In this document: one piece after another, positions 26,038-35,631 of the stretch
How the letters are laid out: each line of letters begins with the position of its first letter
Position numbering within the stretch: the first letter of the stretch is position 1
Virus record (IMG/VR): IMGVR_UViG_3300042363_001418
Span: 1 to 51,241 of that record
Strand: one strand, 5' to 3'
DNA from: a virus
Taxonomy: Duplodnaviria > Caudoviricetes
DNA: 51,241 bases
Made by a program: the position numbers and the translations under genes
The notes under the pieces: model-generated
Seen by the model: only the letters and a program-made list of their open reading frames with translations
Databases searched by the model: none
Told to the model about the DNA's origin: nothing

Positions 26038-27468
26038 TTATCTACTTACCTCTTCCCAATCCATGGAAGCATACATACCAGTTGTACCACTAGAGCTATT
26101 AGCAGCTGCAACTAATGTGAGTTCGTAAGGAGTGCTGGTAAAATAATTTCTCTCCAGTTGAAATTTAAAGAGAGCTTCTTTTAAAATATCAACAGAAGGA
26201 GAGCTTTGATTGTTAGAGCTCACGTATCCACTAGCCAATATTCTCCCACCTGCAAAACTTGTACCGTTAATATTATATTGCACTGCACTATCTGATCCAG
26301 CACTCAACCACTGCCCACCTGTTGTTGTTCCAGATGCTCTAACTTGCCAATTATAGCTTTTATTATCCCCAGCTCCTAAAATGGATAATGCTGTCATTAT
26401 AACAATAGCATCCAATCTATCTGTTCTCAATTTAATTGAAATGATTGGATAATATGTATTTGCATCCGCAAATGTTATTGGTGCATTAATTGGGATAGAT
26501 GCTGCTTGTTGTAATCCTCTTAATTCATAACCACCTTCGGATATAACCGTACTACATACTTGCTTCAATTTACTAGGGCCTGATGTAGCTGCTTTATTTT
26601 CTATTTCGTATCTTAGAGGTAAAGACGCGGTGGTAATATATGTAGAGTCAATTAAGTTAGCGTGATGAAAGTAATGACATGGTACAAACTGACCATTAAT
26701 AACAAACCCAGTTCTAACAGTACCTAACCCCAGCCATTCTATATCCATGAATAGGATTTGTGCTTTTGTAATATCAAGCGTAATTCCTGATGGTCCTGAA
26801 CCATCAAGCTTATCAACATTCCATCCTGATTGTGGTATTCTTGTTGAAGTAACAGTGCCAGTTACAAGGCTGCGTACAACCATAAACAAGGAACTATCAT
26901 CTAGTTCTAAATATATACCGTTTTCAGCACCATAATAACCAACACGCTGTCTTAGGTTGGTAGTAGAAGGACTAAAAGTAAAGGTACTCATTATCTGTAA
27001 CGATTTGCCTGGTTGATAAGCAAACACTTTTGTTGTCTCTCTATATATTTTAGAGCCACTTAATGCATCTACCTTTAACTCTACCAGTCCTTGATTTTGA
27101 TTAAACTGAGCAGATGCAGAGGTTGTAGTTGTACCACCTGTGAGAGTAGACCAAAGATTGTTGTCGGCATATCTATGTGATGAATCAAATAAAGTTAATG
27201 GAGAAGATGTTCGTGTACGTCCAAACGCATCTGATGCCATGTTAAGATTACCGGTATAATTTGCAGATGTGCTGTCAACGTTTTTAACTAGTACAGCGTA
27301 CTTAGGGTAAACATCAACCGAGCTCATAGGCTTCATTCCTGCCACGTTAGGCGAATTAAATCGCGTAACAGAAACTGGAGGAAACTGGGTATTATTGGTT
27401 ATCTGAACAAACTTATTGTATTCAACAGTTTGATAGTTAGCTACAACGTTTGATTCGAATGACGACAT
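26038..27468 (-). CDS. Putative virion structural protein (beta-rich, T4-like phage type)
   Basis: DAFGR.R.S.PLTLFDSSHRY, YQPGKS, DIEWLG.G.VR.GF; GACTAAATA upstream on minus strand. Confidence 0.7.
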   Translation of the reverse strand: MSSFESNVVANYQTVEYNKFVQITNNTQFPPVSVTRFNSPNVAGMKPMSSVDVYPKYAVLVKNVDSTSANYTGNLNMASDAFGRTRTSSPLTLFDSSHRYADNNLWSTLTGGTTTTSASAQFNQNQGLVELKVDALSGSKIYRETTKVFAYQPGKSLQIMSTFTFSPSTTNLRQRVGYYGAENGIYLELDDSSLFMVVRSLVTGTVTSTRIPQSGWNVDKLDGSGPSGITLDITKAQILFMDIEWLGLGTVRTGFVINGQFVPCHYFHHANLIDSTYITTASLPLRYEIENKAATSGPSKLKQVCSTVISEGGYELRGLQQAASIPINAPITFADANTYYPIISIKLRTDRLDAIVIMTALSILGAGDNKSYNWQVRASGTTTGGQWLSAGSDSAVQYNINGTSFAGGRILASGYVSSNNQSSPSVDILKEALFKFQLERNYFTSTPYELTLVAAANSSSGTTGMYASMDWEEVSR

Positions 27469-27505
27469 AACATTATTTAGTCTCTAGATAGATAAATAAT
27501 ATATC

Positions 27506-27634
27506 ATGAACATCTTTCTTACACTTTTTCGCCGCATTTTTAGAGGAAAGCTTTCAAAGAAAGAGCGCGAAGAAATAATTAAAAGGTTGAAATTAAAAAG
27601 GAACTCTTATAAAATAAAGAGAGACGGCTTATGA
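27506..27634 (+). CDS. Small basic hypothetical protein
   Basis: MNIFLTLFRRIF...; TAAATA upstream. Confidence 0.45.
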   Translation: MNIFLTLFRRIFRGKLSKKEREEIIKRLKLKRNSYKIKRDGL

Positions 27635-27798
27635 AGACATATCTTATAGAATATATCTATCCAAGAACACAATTAAAATTAACAACATATATTGACGCAG
27701 AAGATAAAACTGAAGCGCGAGATTTGTTTTTCGAGGGTTACCCTGAGGTTGAGGAGGTGGAAAGAATTACCTGGGTACCAACAGTCGACGAGCAATAA
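27631..27798 (+). CDS. Small hypothetical protein (55 aa)
   Basis: MKTYLIEYIY...; follows GGAAC promoter at 27600. Confidence 0.65.
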   Translation: MKTYLIEYIYPRTQLKLTTYIDAEDKTEARDLFFEGYPEVEEVERITWVPTVDEQ

Positions 27799-28265
27799 TG
27801 AGTTTACCAAACATAACCTTAGCGACATCTGTTCGTTACGGTAATTACAAGCAGCACTTAGATAGTGCTCTTTTTTTTATCGATGTATTGAAGGATAGTT
27901 TTAATGATATTAAGCAGTTTATAAAACTACCTAGAAATCTCAACATTGTCTTTAGACCGGTTAGAGATGCTTATGGTAGAGCTTACTACGTGAAACCTAA
28001 TGTATTTTCAGAGAGTAGGCAATATGTTGTAGAGGTTGATGTGCGTCAGGATCTAGCTACATTCAAAAACACAATGATTCATGAGCTAGTTCATATTGAG
28101 CAGTTTTATCAGGGTAGGTTAAAGGATGCCGGTAGTATGCATTTTAAGTGGAATGGTAAAAAGATGCTAATCGACATGTCATCTCTTGATATCTATAACG
28201 GTCTTCCATGGGAAGTTGAAGCAAATGTTAGGGCAGAGTTACTTTCTCACGTCGTTTTTAATTGA
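27798..28265 (+). CDS. Zincin-like metallopeptidase
   Basis: MIHELVH.EQ, Y..LPWEVEA. Confidence 0.8.
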   Translation: MSLPNITLATSVRYGNYKQHLDSALFFIDVLKDSFNDIKQFIKLPRNLNIVFRPVRDAYGRAYYVKPNVFSESRQYVVEVDVRQDLATFKNTMIHELVHIEQFYQGRLKDAGSMHFKWNGKKMLIDMSSLDIYNGLPWEVEANVRAELLSHVVFN

Positions 28266-28283
28266 TATAGACTAAATAACTGT

Positions 28284-29954
28284 ATGTCATACGCAGAAGG
28301 TTATTTAGATTTTTTAGTAGAGCAGGATAAAAAAAAGGGAAATATACCGCAGATGCCAAAGCGTCTAGGATCTTTAAAACCTCTTAAAAAGAAACAGGGC
28401 GGTAGAGGAGAATATGAAAAAATAGGTAAGCTTATATCTGCTTCAGATAAGGGAGAAGAAGTAGATTATACTGAGGATGGGTTGGTAAAGGTTAACTATA
28501 GTCAATTAGGTAGAGCTTTAGATACTTTAGATAGTTTACCTACGAAAAGAGGTATGGGGTACACCTCAATGATTTACGGTGAAGCGGGTATAGGTAAATC
28601 ATCTATAGTAGAATCAAGAGGAATAAAGATAGCGTCTGACTTAGGTAGACAATTCATAAGATTAGATGAATACTTATCAAAATTTCAAACGATAGGAGAA
28701 TTCATAGATAACCTTAAAGGCTTTTATATATTCATTGATGAACGAGCAGCGGGCTTTGATCCTTCAATGATGTCAGGTATACCTGATCCTACATCTCCTG
28801 AACGTAAAGGATATTTGACTGAGCTTCCCGTACCCTGGGTATCAGTAATGACAACTTCAAGCGATTCTGCTGGAATGTTATTTTTAGACGAGTTAAACCA
28901 AGCAAGTGAGCAAGTACAAAATATGCTTTTCTCTCTTACAAACTTTGAAGAGCGTAGAATAGCCGGTAAATATAAAATTTTAGGAGATTGGAGAATTCAC
29001 TGCGCGGGTAACTGGGGTGAAGGTTACAGTATTATACCTCTAGTACCTGCTCTTAAAGAGCGTCTTGCTCCTTATTACTTAGAGCTTGATTTTAAAGGCT
29101 GGCAGGACTGGGCAATTAATAGTAAGAACGTAAATGGTGAGTCTCTTATACACCCCTTGTTAATGGATTTTCTTGAAGACGAACCAGATAAGAATTTTTA
29201 TGATAGACCTTCTAGTGAAACTGACCCAACGAAGCGTCCTAACCCTCGTAACCTAGTTGCTTTATCTGGAGCTATTTACGGTCAAATTGGCTCAGGATCT
29301 AATTTAGAGTCTGTCGATAGTGATAGATGGAGAGAGATTATCGCTTCTGCAGGAGCTTTATGCGGTAAAGAATTTGGTAATAATTTCAAACAATTCTTAG
29401 TATCTAACGCTTTAGTAGATATTAACGAGCTTTTAGAAGATCCTTCAAAGCTAATTAACGTAAAAGGGGGAAGAGCAGGAGAGGGTATAGTAACCCAAAA
29501 CATTTCTGTGTTTAAGCGCAACTTAAAGCAGCACGTTGTTACTTTTGACAATAAACTTAATACTCTCAAATCAGATGAGGAAAAGGATGATATGATTAAT
29601 CTAGCTCTATATTACATGGATGTAATTAACTCTGTATTTAGAGTAGAGCCTAGCACTGCATCAAATATATTCACAGTAATAACTAATAGAGCTACTCTAC
29701 CAGATCTTAAAATTTATAGAAATCTCTTAGTAGGTAGCCTTAAGAGTAAAGGCGATAATGACTCTGCAAAATTCGTTATGGATCTAATTAATGACATAGT
29801 AAGTGAAGTAAGCGGAAATGTTAAGGCGTTTACTTCACCTGACGAGGGTGAAGAGAGCGAAGCAACCAACTCTCAAGCAGTAGGTAAAATAGATCAAATC
29901 CTCAGTAAGTTTAATAAAAATATTGCAGCAGGAAATATACCTCAATATGTATGA
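28284..29954 (+). CDS. MoxR-like AAA+ ATPase
   Basis: GEAGIGKS, LFLDELNQA, AGN, PALKER, PNPR. Confidence 0.85.
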   Translation: MSYAEGYLDFLVEQDKKKGNIPQMPKRLGSLKPLKKKQGGRGEYEKIGKLISASDKGEEVDYTEDGLVKVNYSQLGRALDTLDSLPTKRGMGYTSMIYGEAGIGKSSIVESRGIKIASDLGRQFIRLDEYLSKFQTIGEFIDNLKGFYIFIDERAAGFDPSMMSGIPDPTSPERKGYLTELPVPWVSVMTTSSDSAGMLFLDELNQASEQVQNMLFSLTNFEERRIAGKYKILGDWRIHCAGNWGEGYSIIPLVPALKERLAPYYLELDFKGWQDWAINSKNVNGESLIHPLLMDFLEDEPDKNFYDRPSSETDPTKRPNPRNLVALSGAIYGQIGSGSNLESVDSDRWREIIASAGALCGKEFGNNFKQFLVSNALVDINELLEDPSKLINVKGGRAGEGIVTQNISVFKRNLKQHVVTFDNKLNTLKSDEEKDDMINLALYYMDVINSVFRVEPSTASNIFTVITNRATLPDLKIYRNLLVGSLKSKGDNDSAKFVMDLINDIVSEVSGNVKAFTSPDEGEESEATNSQAVGKIDQILSKFNKNIAAGNIPQYV

Positions 29955-30829
29955 GAATATTTAACGAGCAATTTAAAGAACTCTTAAAATTATATCCTAA
30001 TGATGAGGGATGTAAGAAGGCTTTAATATTTTTAGAGCAGGATGTCTCGCCTGATAATTCTAAATGGACAGAAGAAAGAGTTAAAAAATTTATCGCTGGC
30101 TTACGCTTTACAGTAAAAAAAAGAAATCCTTATTTTGGACATCTACTTGACAAGGTTCCTATTATTGTAGTATCTCCTAACGATCCTCATATACAGACTA
30201 TGGCGGTAGATAAAGACCATAACCTTTATATTAATCCAGAATTCACTCAAAATATTATGTCTGGTGTCGTACCAGGTATATTTGACGATGAAGCTGTAAA
30301 CGCTAATAAAGAGGAAGAGCCTGAAGAGGGCACATATTACACTCTATCAGAAGGTGAAAAGGTCTTTCTCGGTATCATAGCTCATGAGCTTATGCATATC
30401 TTCAAAGATCATGTAGCTAGAATGACAGAAAGCTACAGACGAATGGTCAATTTAGGAGGCAATCCTATCTCATTGTGGAACATAGCTACAGACGCAGAGA
30501 TAAATGATGAACTTATATACAAGTGGGGATACTCCTTAATTAGAGATGGTATTATACCTAAACCTGACGGTAGTCTTGAAATAGGAGGTCAAGTGTTTAA
30601 AGTTAGAGGTAAGACACCAGAGAGAATATATAGAGAGATAGAAGCAACGTTACCTCCATCTGAATCCGAGTCAGGCGGGTCATCACCTCCGCAGGAGCCT
30701 CTCCAGCCAGGAGATATTATCTACGATGAAGCGTCTGGTAGATATGGTGAGATAGTTACAATAGATAAAAAAACTGGTAGAGCTAAGATAGCTGAAATAA
30801 CAAAAGAGGAAGCAAAATCTAGAGTTTAA
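29951..30829 (+). CDS. DUF2201-N-like metallopeptidase
   Basis: PYFGHLL, TMAVD..LYINPEF, IAHELMH, WNIATDAEIN. Confidence 0.85.
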   Translation: MRIFNEQFKELLKLYPNDEGCKKALIFLEQDVSPDNSKWTEERVKKFIAGLRFTVKKRNPYFGHLLDKVPIIVVSPNDPHIQTMAVDKDHNLYINPEFTQNIMSGVVPGIFDDEAVNANKEEEPEEGTYYTLSEGEKVFLGIIAHELMHIFKDHVARMTESYRRMVNLGGNPISLWNIATDAEINDELIYKWGYSLIRDGIIPKPDGSLEIGGQVFKVRGKTPERIYREIEATLPPSESESGGSSPPQEPLQPGDIIYDEASGRYGEIVTIDKKTGRAKIAEITKEEAKSRV

Positions 30830-30830
30830 T

Positions 30831-31925
30831 ATGAAATCATTTACTTCAAATTTAAGCGACTTGAAAAGAGTTGTAAAAGGTACAAAGAGTGATAGCGATG
30901 GCGGTGCAGAGCCTTCAAGTGATATGCATGTATTACCTGATGATGATGCAGATGAGGATAAAAAGCCCGGTAAGGGTGAAGGCGAGGGAGAGCCTAAGCC
31001 TGGTGAGCAGGGAGAAGGAGAAGGTAAGGGTAAGTCTAAAGATTCTCAGAGCGCTCCAAAAATAACCATAACAGGTAATCCACAACCTATTGTTGATATA
31101 ATTCCTAAAGATAAAGATACTAGCGGAATTAAGGGATTGGCTGGTTCTAATGAAAAAGGTACAACACCTCTTTCTCCAGGTGACATTAAAAAAGCACTAG
31201 AGGATGCGCAACAAGCTGAAGCTACAGAGCAGCGCGGTCAAGAAGGTATAGGTAAAGGTTTAGGTGGTAGGAGAATATCTGTACCTTCTGACTTTCCAAC
31301 TAAAACTGACTGGGCAAGGTTAATGATTAATCTGCTTCAAAAGACAAAAGTAGGTCCACCTTCTTGGGCTAAAGCTCATAAACGTACCTTTGGAATGAAA
31401 GTAGGAGGTTCACCTTTAATGATTCCTGGTAGGGATGTAGAGAAGGATGTAGGTAAAATAATAGTAGCTATAGATACGTCTGGGTCTATTAGTGATGCTA
31501 TTGTAGGTGGGTTCTTAAGCGAGTTGAGAAGAATATTCGAAACGTTTAAAACCAGTGCAGGATTTGCTTGTAAAATTATTTTATGGGCTGACGGTCCTTA
31601 TGCTGTATCTAATGACTTCAATATAAAGCAATTTGAAGATCTTAAAAGGTGGGTATTTTCTAATATGGTTTCAGGTGGCACTTCTATTGATCCTGTTGTA
31701 AAATTAATTAATAGTTTATCAAACTTAAAAGATTATGTCGGTACAGTATGGTTTACAGACGGTCAAATAGGTGATCTAGAAACCATGTTACCTAATAATT
31801 TTAACATTTTTGTAATTAACGGGTTTGAGGCAGAATATACTAGACAATTCTTTTCAGATCTTAAAAAATTCAAACCTGCTAAACAAATTACCGTAGTAAA
31901 AACCTCCTACGGGTATGGATCTTAG
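30831..31925 (+). CDS. DUF2201-like vWA-domain protein
   Basis: AIDTSGSI MIDAS, GGT, FTDG; G/E/K-rich linker. Confidence 0.85.
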   Translation: MKSFTSNLSDLKRVVKGTKSDSDGGAEPSSDMHVLPDDDADEDKKPGKGEGEGEPKPGEQGEGEGKGKSKDSQSAPKITITGNPQPIVDIIPKDKDTSGIKGLAGSNEKGTTPLSPGDIKKALEDAQQAEATEQRGQEGIGKGLGGRRISVPSDFPTKTDWARLMINLLQKTKVGPPSWAKAHKRTFGMKVGGSPLMIPGRDVEKDVGKIIVAIDTSGSISDAIVGGFLSELRRIFETFKTSAGFACKIILWADGPYAVSNDFNIKQFEDLKRWVFSNMVSGGTSIDPVVKLINSLSNLKDYVGTVWFTDGQIGDLETMLPNNFNIFVINGFEAEYTRQFFSDLKKFKPAKQITVVKTSYGYGS

Positions 31926-31958
31926 TGTAAAATAGACTATAATAGCATAAATAAGATT

Positions 31959-32453
31959 ATGAATAGAAAAGATATTAATTCAATCAACGATGTTTTTAAA
32001 CTAGTAATGGAGAAGGCAGGTCCTTCATACGTAAATACACTCGTTGAGTCTGCTGCAAACACATCATCTACAGGCGGTGACGCATCAGCTTTATATTCAT
32101 ATGGACCAGAGAAGCTAAGAGTTAATCACTTTACTAAACAAGGTGCGCTTAACTCATCCGCTACATATGCTATAGATCAAGTTGATCCTAGCTTATTAGG
32201 ACCTAACAACATTGTTGTTTTCTTCACCAAAAAGATTTCTGATACTGAAAATGACGTTCTACATAACGCATCTGGCCCTGCTGTAATCTTTGAAGGCGGT
32301 GGTGAAGGTAATGAGTTCTTCTTTATTGATGGTAAACCAGCTGATTTTAACTCAAGAGAATATAAAGCTGCAAGAGCTGATGTTGAGTATAAGTCCTCTG
32401 AAAAAGAAATGACTGGAAGAGAAACCGACGACGAGTTCGGAGCATTCCAGTAA
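31959..32453 (+). CDS. Hypothetical late protein
   Basis: LHNASGPAVI...FFIDGK module; TAAATA upstream. Confidence 0.65.
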   Translation: MNRKDINSINDVFKLVMEKAGPSYVNTLVESAANTSSTGGDASALYSYGPEKLRVNHFTKQGALNSSATYAIDQVDPSLLGPNNIVVFFTKKISDTENDVLHNASGPAVIFEGGGEGNEFFFIDGKPADFNSREYKAARADVEYKSSEKEMTGRETDDEFGAFQ

Positions 32454-32505
32454 TTTTCAAATAATTTTTGTGGATTTATTATTTCCCTGAGCGTATAATA
32501 TACGC

Positions 32506-32751
32506 ATGATTACAGCTAAAGAGGCTAAGGATATCTCAGATAACCTTAATTCACAAAAATCCAAAGAGTGTCTTGAGCAAATCGATTGTCGCATACGAAA
32601 AGCTGCAGCAGAAAGCTATACAGAAGTAGAAATTTCTGATTTAAAGCCGGTAAGCTCAGTGTTATTGTATCTAGAATCACTTGGGTATATTGTCAAAACA
32701 ATCGCCGAAGAGACATATAATACTCCACTCAGTATTAAGGTGCAGTGGTAA
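32506..32751 (+). CDS. Hypothetical protein
   Basis: MITAKEAK...LESLGY.V...IKVQW. Confidence 0.65.
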   Translation: MITAKEAKDISDNLNSQKSKECLEQIDCRIRKAAAESYTEVEISDLKPVSSVLLYLESLGYIVKTIAEETYNTPLSIKVQW

Positions 32752-32781
32752 ATAGGTAAGGAACTTCTTTAAAATAGAAGT

Positions 32782-32946
32782 ATGACTGATACATGGGTAT
32801 ATACCGACAAGGAGCATGGTTGGGTAAATGTCGATGATACTGAGTTTCTCGACATTGAAGAAAGTCCATATGGTGACGTGATGCATTTTGCATATAAAGG
32901 TGTGGATTATTCATCGAAGATCGTAATTGGATCTAAGCCTGGTTAA
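32782..32946 (+). CDS. Small hypothetical protein (54 aa)
   Basis: Follows GGAAC promoter at 32760. Confidence 0.65.
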   Translation: MTDTWVYTDKEHGWVNVDDTEFLDIEESPYGDVMHFAYKGVDYSSKIVIGSKPG

Positions 32947-32967
32947 GGAACTTTTATAGAATAGGGT

Positions 32968-33123
32968 ATGACTGCAATCCTAAGAACGTATATAAGTGAA
33001 TCTGTGTTTACAGAGGAAATGGTTGAAGTTGATGATAATCATATCTTTGCGTATGGTCCTTATCAAGATACGGTTCCTTTCTCGGTAGGTTCAAATCAGA
33101 GCATTCTACCGTTCGAAGATTAA
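32968..33123 (+). CDS. Small hypothetical protein (51 aa)
   Basis: Follows GGAAC promoter at 32947. Confidence 0.6.
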   Translation: MTAILRTYISESVFTEEMVEVDDNHIFAYGPYQDTVPFSVGSNQSILPFED

Positions 33124-33171
33124 GGAACTATCTTATAATTAGGAGTAATCAATAACCAAACAAACAAACAA

Positions 33172-34068
33172 ATGAAATTAGGAATCGAAAAGTCAGCGTT
33201 TACGAGAGTTTCAGATATTCAAATTCCAGACATTTTCTATCGTCGAATGAAGACTGGAGTTGCAGAGTTCGATGATATGTTCGGTGAAGGTATTCTTCCT
33301 GGCTCTGCCTTTACTATTACAGCTCAAGCTGGTTGCGGCAAGACGACTCTACTGCTTCAGCTTATGGAGGCTCTTGCTAATAACGGCTACGATGTAGGCT
33401 ATGCTTCAGGCGAAGAGAATCAATATCAGCTTGCGTTTACTTGTAAACGTTTGAATGTTAAGAGTGTTCAGATCGCTAACGAGACTGATGTTGATATCCT
33501 TGCTAAAGCTATGCAAGATCTCGATGTGCTTGTTATCGATTCGTTCCAAGCTCTTAGTACTCGCAACAAGCTTAATCATGCTGAGCTCGAGCGCTATGCT
33601 GTAACTACTCTCATTAACGCTGCTAAAGCTAACGAGTGCGCGCTGTTCTTTATTATGCATCTTACTAAAGACGGTAAGCTTAAGGGCTCTACGCTAGTAC
33701 CTCATGCTGTCGATGTTAATGTTCAGATCATGATGGACGATGAAGGTGATGAGCAAGATCGTGTCATTAGCTTCTATAAGAATCGCTTCGGCGCTACGCT
33801 TGACTATAGCGCTTCTATGACCTCTCATGGCTTTCAGCTCTCTGGTAAGCGTGAAGTTACTCATGCGCCTTCTAAGAAGGCTCGTAAGAAATCTATAGAG
33901 AATAAAATTATGGCGATGGATCCTCCAAACATTACCAAGAACGGTATCATGAAGTCGCTTAATCTTACTTCTTCGCAAGCTTACTTCGCGCTGAAAGAGT
34001 TGACTGATGCTGGTAAGCTTAAGAAGTACGGTCGCGGTGAGCAAGCAGTTTGGAAAAAGACAGCATGA
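33172..34068 (+). CDS. radA: RadA/Sms-like RecA-family ATPase with C-terminal wHTH
   Basis: AQAGCGKTT, YASGEE, LVIDSFQ, HLTKDG, HAVDV, KNRFG. Confidence 0.8.
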   Translation: MKLGIEKSAFTRVSDIQIPDIFYRRMKTGVAEFDDMFGEGILPGSAFTITAQAGCGKTTLLLQLMEALANNGYDVGYASGEENQYQLAFTCKRLNVKSVQIANETDVDILAKAMQDLDVLVIDSFQALSTRNKLNHAELERYAVTTLINAAKANECALFFIMHLTKDGKLKGSTLVPHAVDVNVQIMMDDEGDEQDRVISFYKNRFGATLDYSASMTSHGFQLSGKREVTHAPSKKARKKSIENKIMAMDPPNITKNGIMKSLNLTSSQAYFALKELTDAGKLKKYGRGEQAVWKKTA

Positions 34069-34208
34069 TTAGAATTGATTACTATAGACGAGATGGTGAA
34101 TGGACGGGAGCTCATTATCTAGATGAGCTCCCGAACGATCTGGATAAATTTGCATTAAGTATGCTAAATGATTACTTTGCTGACTATTATCGTGTGCGTT
34201 TAGAATAA
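34065..34208 (+). CDS. Small hypothetical protein
   Basis: ATGA-coupled 47-aa ORF. Confidence 0.5.
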   Translation: MIRIDYYRRDGEWTGAHYLDELPNDLDKFALSMLNDYFADYYRVRLE

Positions 34209-34216
34209 ATAAGAGT

Positions 34217-34579
34217 ATGGAATTTACAGCTCTCTTTGAAAAAGTCATAAGTGATTTAACAGAAGCGTTTTCAACGTTCGTAACTAAGAGAGCTGCTGGT
34301 GCAAAGAAGATAGAGAACGCAGCTAGAAAGAAAGGTAAGTACTCTATACTTACTGCTTATCACTTCTCAGGTAAAGTAAAGCCGTATGCTGATGCTTTAA
34401 AGTGGTCAAGCAAGGAAGACAAAGAATCACATTTCAAAGCGAAATACAAAGAGGTATACTCAAGGCTAAAGGATATCGACTCTCTTTCGCAGAGAGAGTT
34501 TCAAGTCATATCTGGAACGCTTGAAGCATACGGAGAGGTATACCTTCAAGCTAAAACACCGAAGGAGTACGATAAGTAA
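34217..34579 (+). CDS. Hypothetical late protein
   Basis: MEFTALFEKVISDLTE; TAAATA upstream. Confidence 0.65.
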   Translation: MEFTALFEKVISDLTEAFSTFVTKRAAGAKKIENAARKKGKYSILTAYHFSGKVKPYADALKWSSKEDKESHFKAKYKEVYSRLKDIDSLSQREFQVISGTLEAYGEVYLQAKTPKEYDK

Positions 34580-34696
34580 TGCTATGGACCTTCCTCCTGA
34601 TACACTTGTGTATGTTTTTATCTGGACGTTTATAGGAGTCGTGGCTTGTATAGTATCGGTAATAATCGAAGATAAGGAACTATAATATAATAGGGT

Positions 34697-34903
34697 ATGA
34701 ACGTAAGAGAGCTTATTGAAAGGCTTCAGAGATATGATCCTGAGACAATGGTTGTCGTACATGGATATGAAGGAGGAGTGGATGCGTGTTCTTTTTGCAA
34801 AGAAAAGCTTATAAAGCTCGGAGTAAATAGCGAATGGTATTATGGCAATCACGAGATTGTTGATAGCGAAGAGTATGACTGTAAAGCGATCTTGATCGGA
34901 TAA
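34697..34903 (+). CDS. Hypothetical phage protein
   Basis: MNVRELIERLQ.YDP...GYEGG; GGAAC promoter at 34676. Confidence 0.7.
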   Translation: MNVRELIERLQRYDPETMVVVHGYEGGVDACSFCKEKLIKLGVNSEWYYGNHEIVDSEEYDCKAILIG

Positions 34904-34909
34904 ACTACT

Positions 34910-35074
34910 ATGAATAAGAAACCTAAAATTACCTACGAATGCTCATGTTTAAAATACGGAGTTTTGAGAAGTGCTTGCAGAGGACCACAAGGTTGCCAAG
35001 CCGAGAGAGACTACGAAGCATATTTGGAATCTAAAAAGCCTAAAAGTAAACGTTGGGTCTGGAAAAAACAATAA
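34910..35074 (+). CDS. Small Cys-containing hypothetical protein
   Basis: 54-aa ORF. Confidence 0.5.
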   Translation: MNKKPKITYECSCLKYGVLRSACRGPQGCQAERDYEAYLESKKPKSKRWVWKKQ

Positions 35075-35097
35075 TAGGAACTAAGATATAATTAAGT

Positions 35098-35307
35098 ATG
35101 CACAACATCGATCACCTTAAGCGATTAATCGGAGCAGAGCTCGAAGCGCTTGTATCTGAGGTTAACGAACTTAAGAAGAGAGTAGCAGAGCTTGAGCAAG
35201 GACCATCAATGCGAGCTCTCTATAGTAAAGAGCATCTTGGTCAATGGATTGATAAAAAGATTGACGAGCGTTCAATGATTACTTGCAATACAAGTGAGAT
35301 AGTTTAG
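35098..35307 (+). CDS. Hypothetical coiled-coil protein
   Basis: GGAAC promoter at 35077. Confidence 0.6.
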   Translation: MHNIDHLKRLIGAELEALVSEVNELKKRVAELEQGPSMRALYSKEHLGQWIDKKIDERSMITCNTSEIV

Positions 35308-35358
35308 AATAGATTTAGGACCTGAGCATGTCTTGAAAAGGTTTTGAAAAATTTATAT

Positions 35359-35435
35359 ACCCTTGTAGCTCAATCGGTTAGAGCGTCCAACTCATAATTG
35401 GAGGGTTATCGGTTCAAGTCCGGTCGGGGGTACCA
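35359..35435 (+). tRNA. tRNA-Ile2/Met (CAT)
   Basis: tccaa CTCATAA ttgga; CCA; Ile2-like appearance. Confidence 0.85.
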
Positions 35436-35449
35436 TTTTATTATCAAAT

Positions 35450-35526
35450 ACTCCAGTAGCTCAGCAGGTGAGAGCACATGCCTTATAAGTGTGGGGTCGC
35501 GGGTTCAAGTCCCGCCTGGAGTACCA
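35450..35526 (+). tRNA. tRNA-Ile (TAT)
   Basis: ACTCCAG/CTGGAGT; catgc CTTATAA gtgtg; CCA. Confidence 0.9.
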
Positions 35527-35552
35527 AATTAGTATATATAAATAAAACAAAT

Positions 35553-35630
35553 GCCCCGGTATCGGAACGCACTTCTAATGCGTAGTACCGTAAAGGATCA
35601 ATGCAAGTTCGAGTCTTGCCCGGGGTACCA
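35553..35630 (+). tRNA. Non-canonical tRNA-Arg (TCT): no D-arm, 19-nt variable region
   Basis: GCCCCGG/CCGGGGT ACCA; acgca CTTCTAA tgcgt; gcaag TTCGAGT cttgc. Confidence 0.7.
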
Positions 35631-35631
35631 T

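Noticed and set aside
35315-35350. ggacctgagcatgtcttgaaaaggtttt as a small pseudoknot RNA before the tRNAs
   Set aside because: The second stem is poorly complementary; too short to support.
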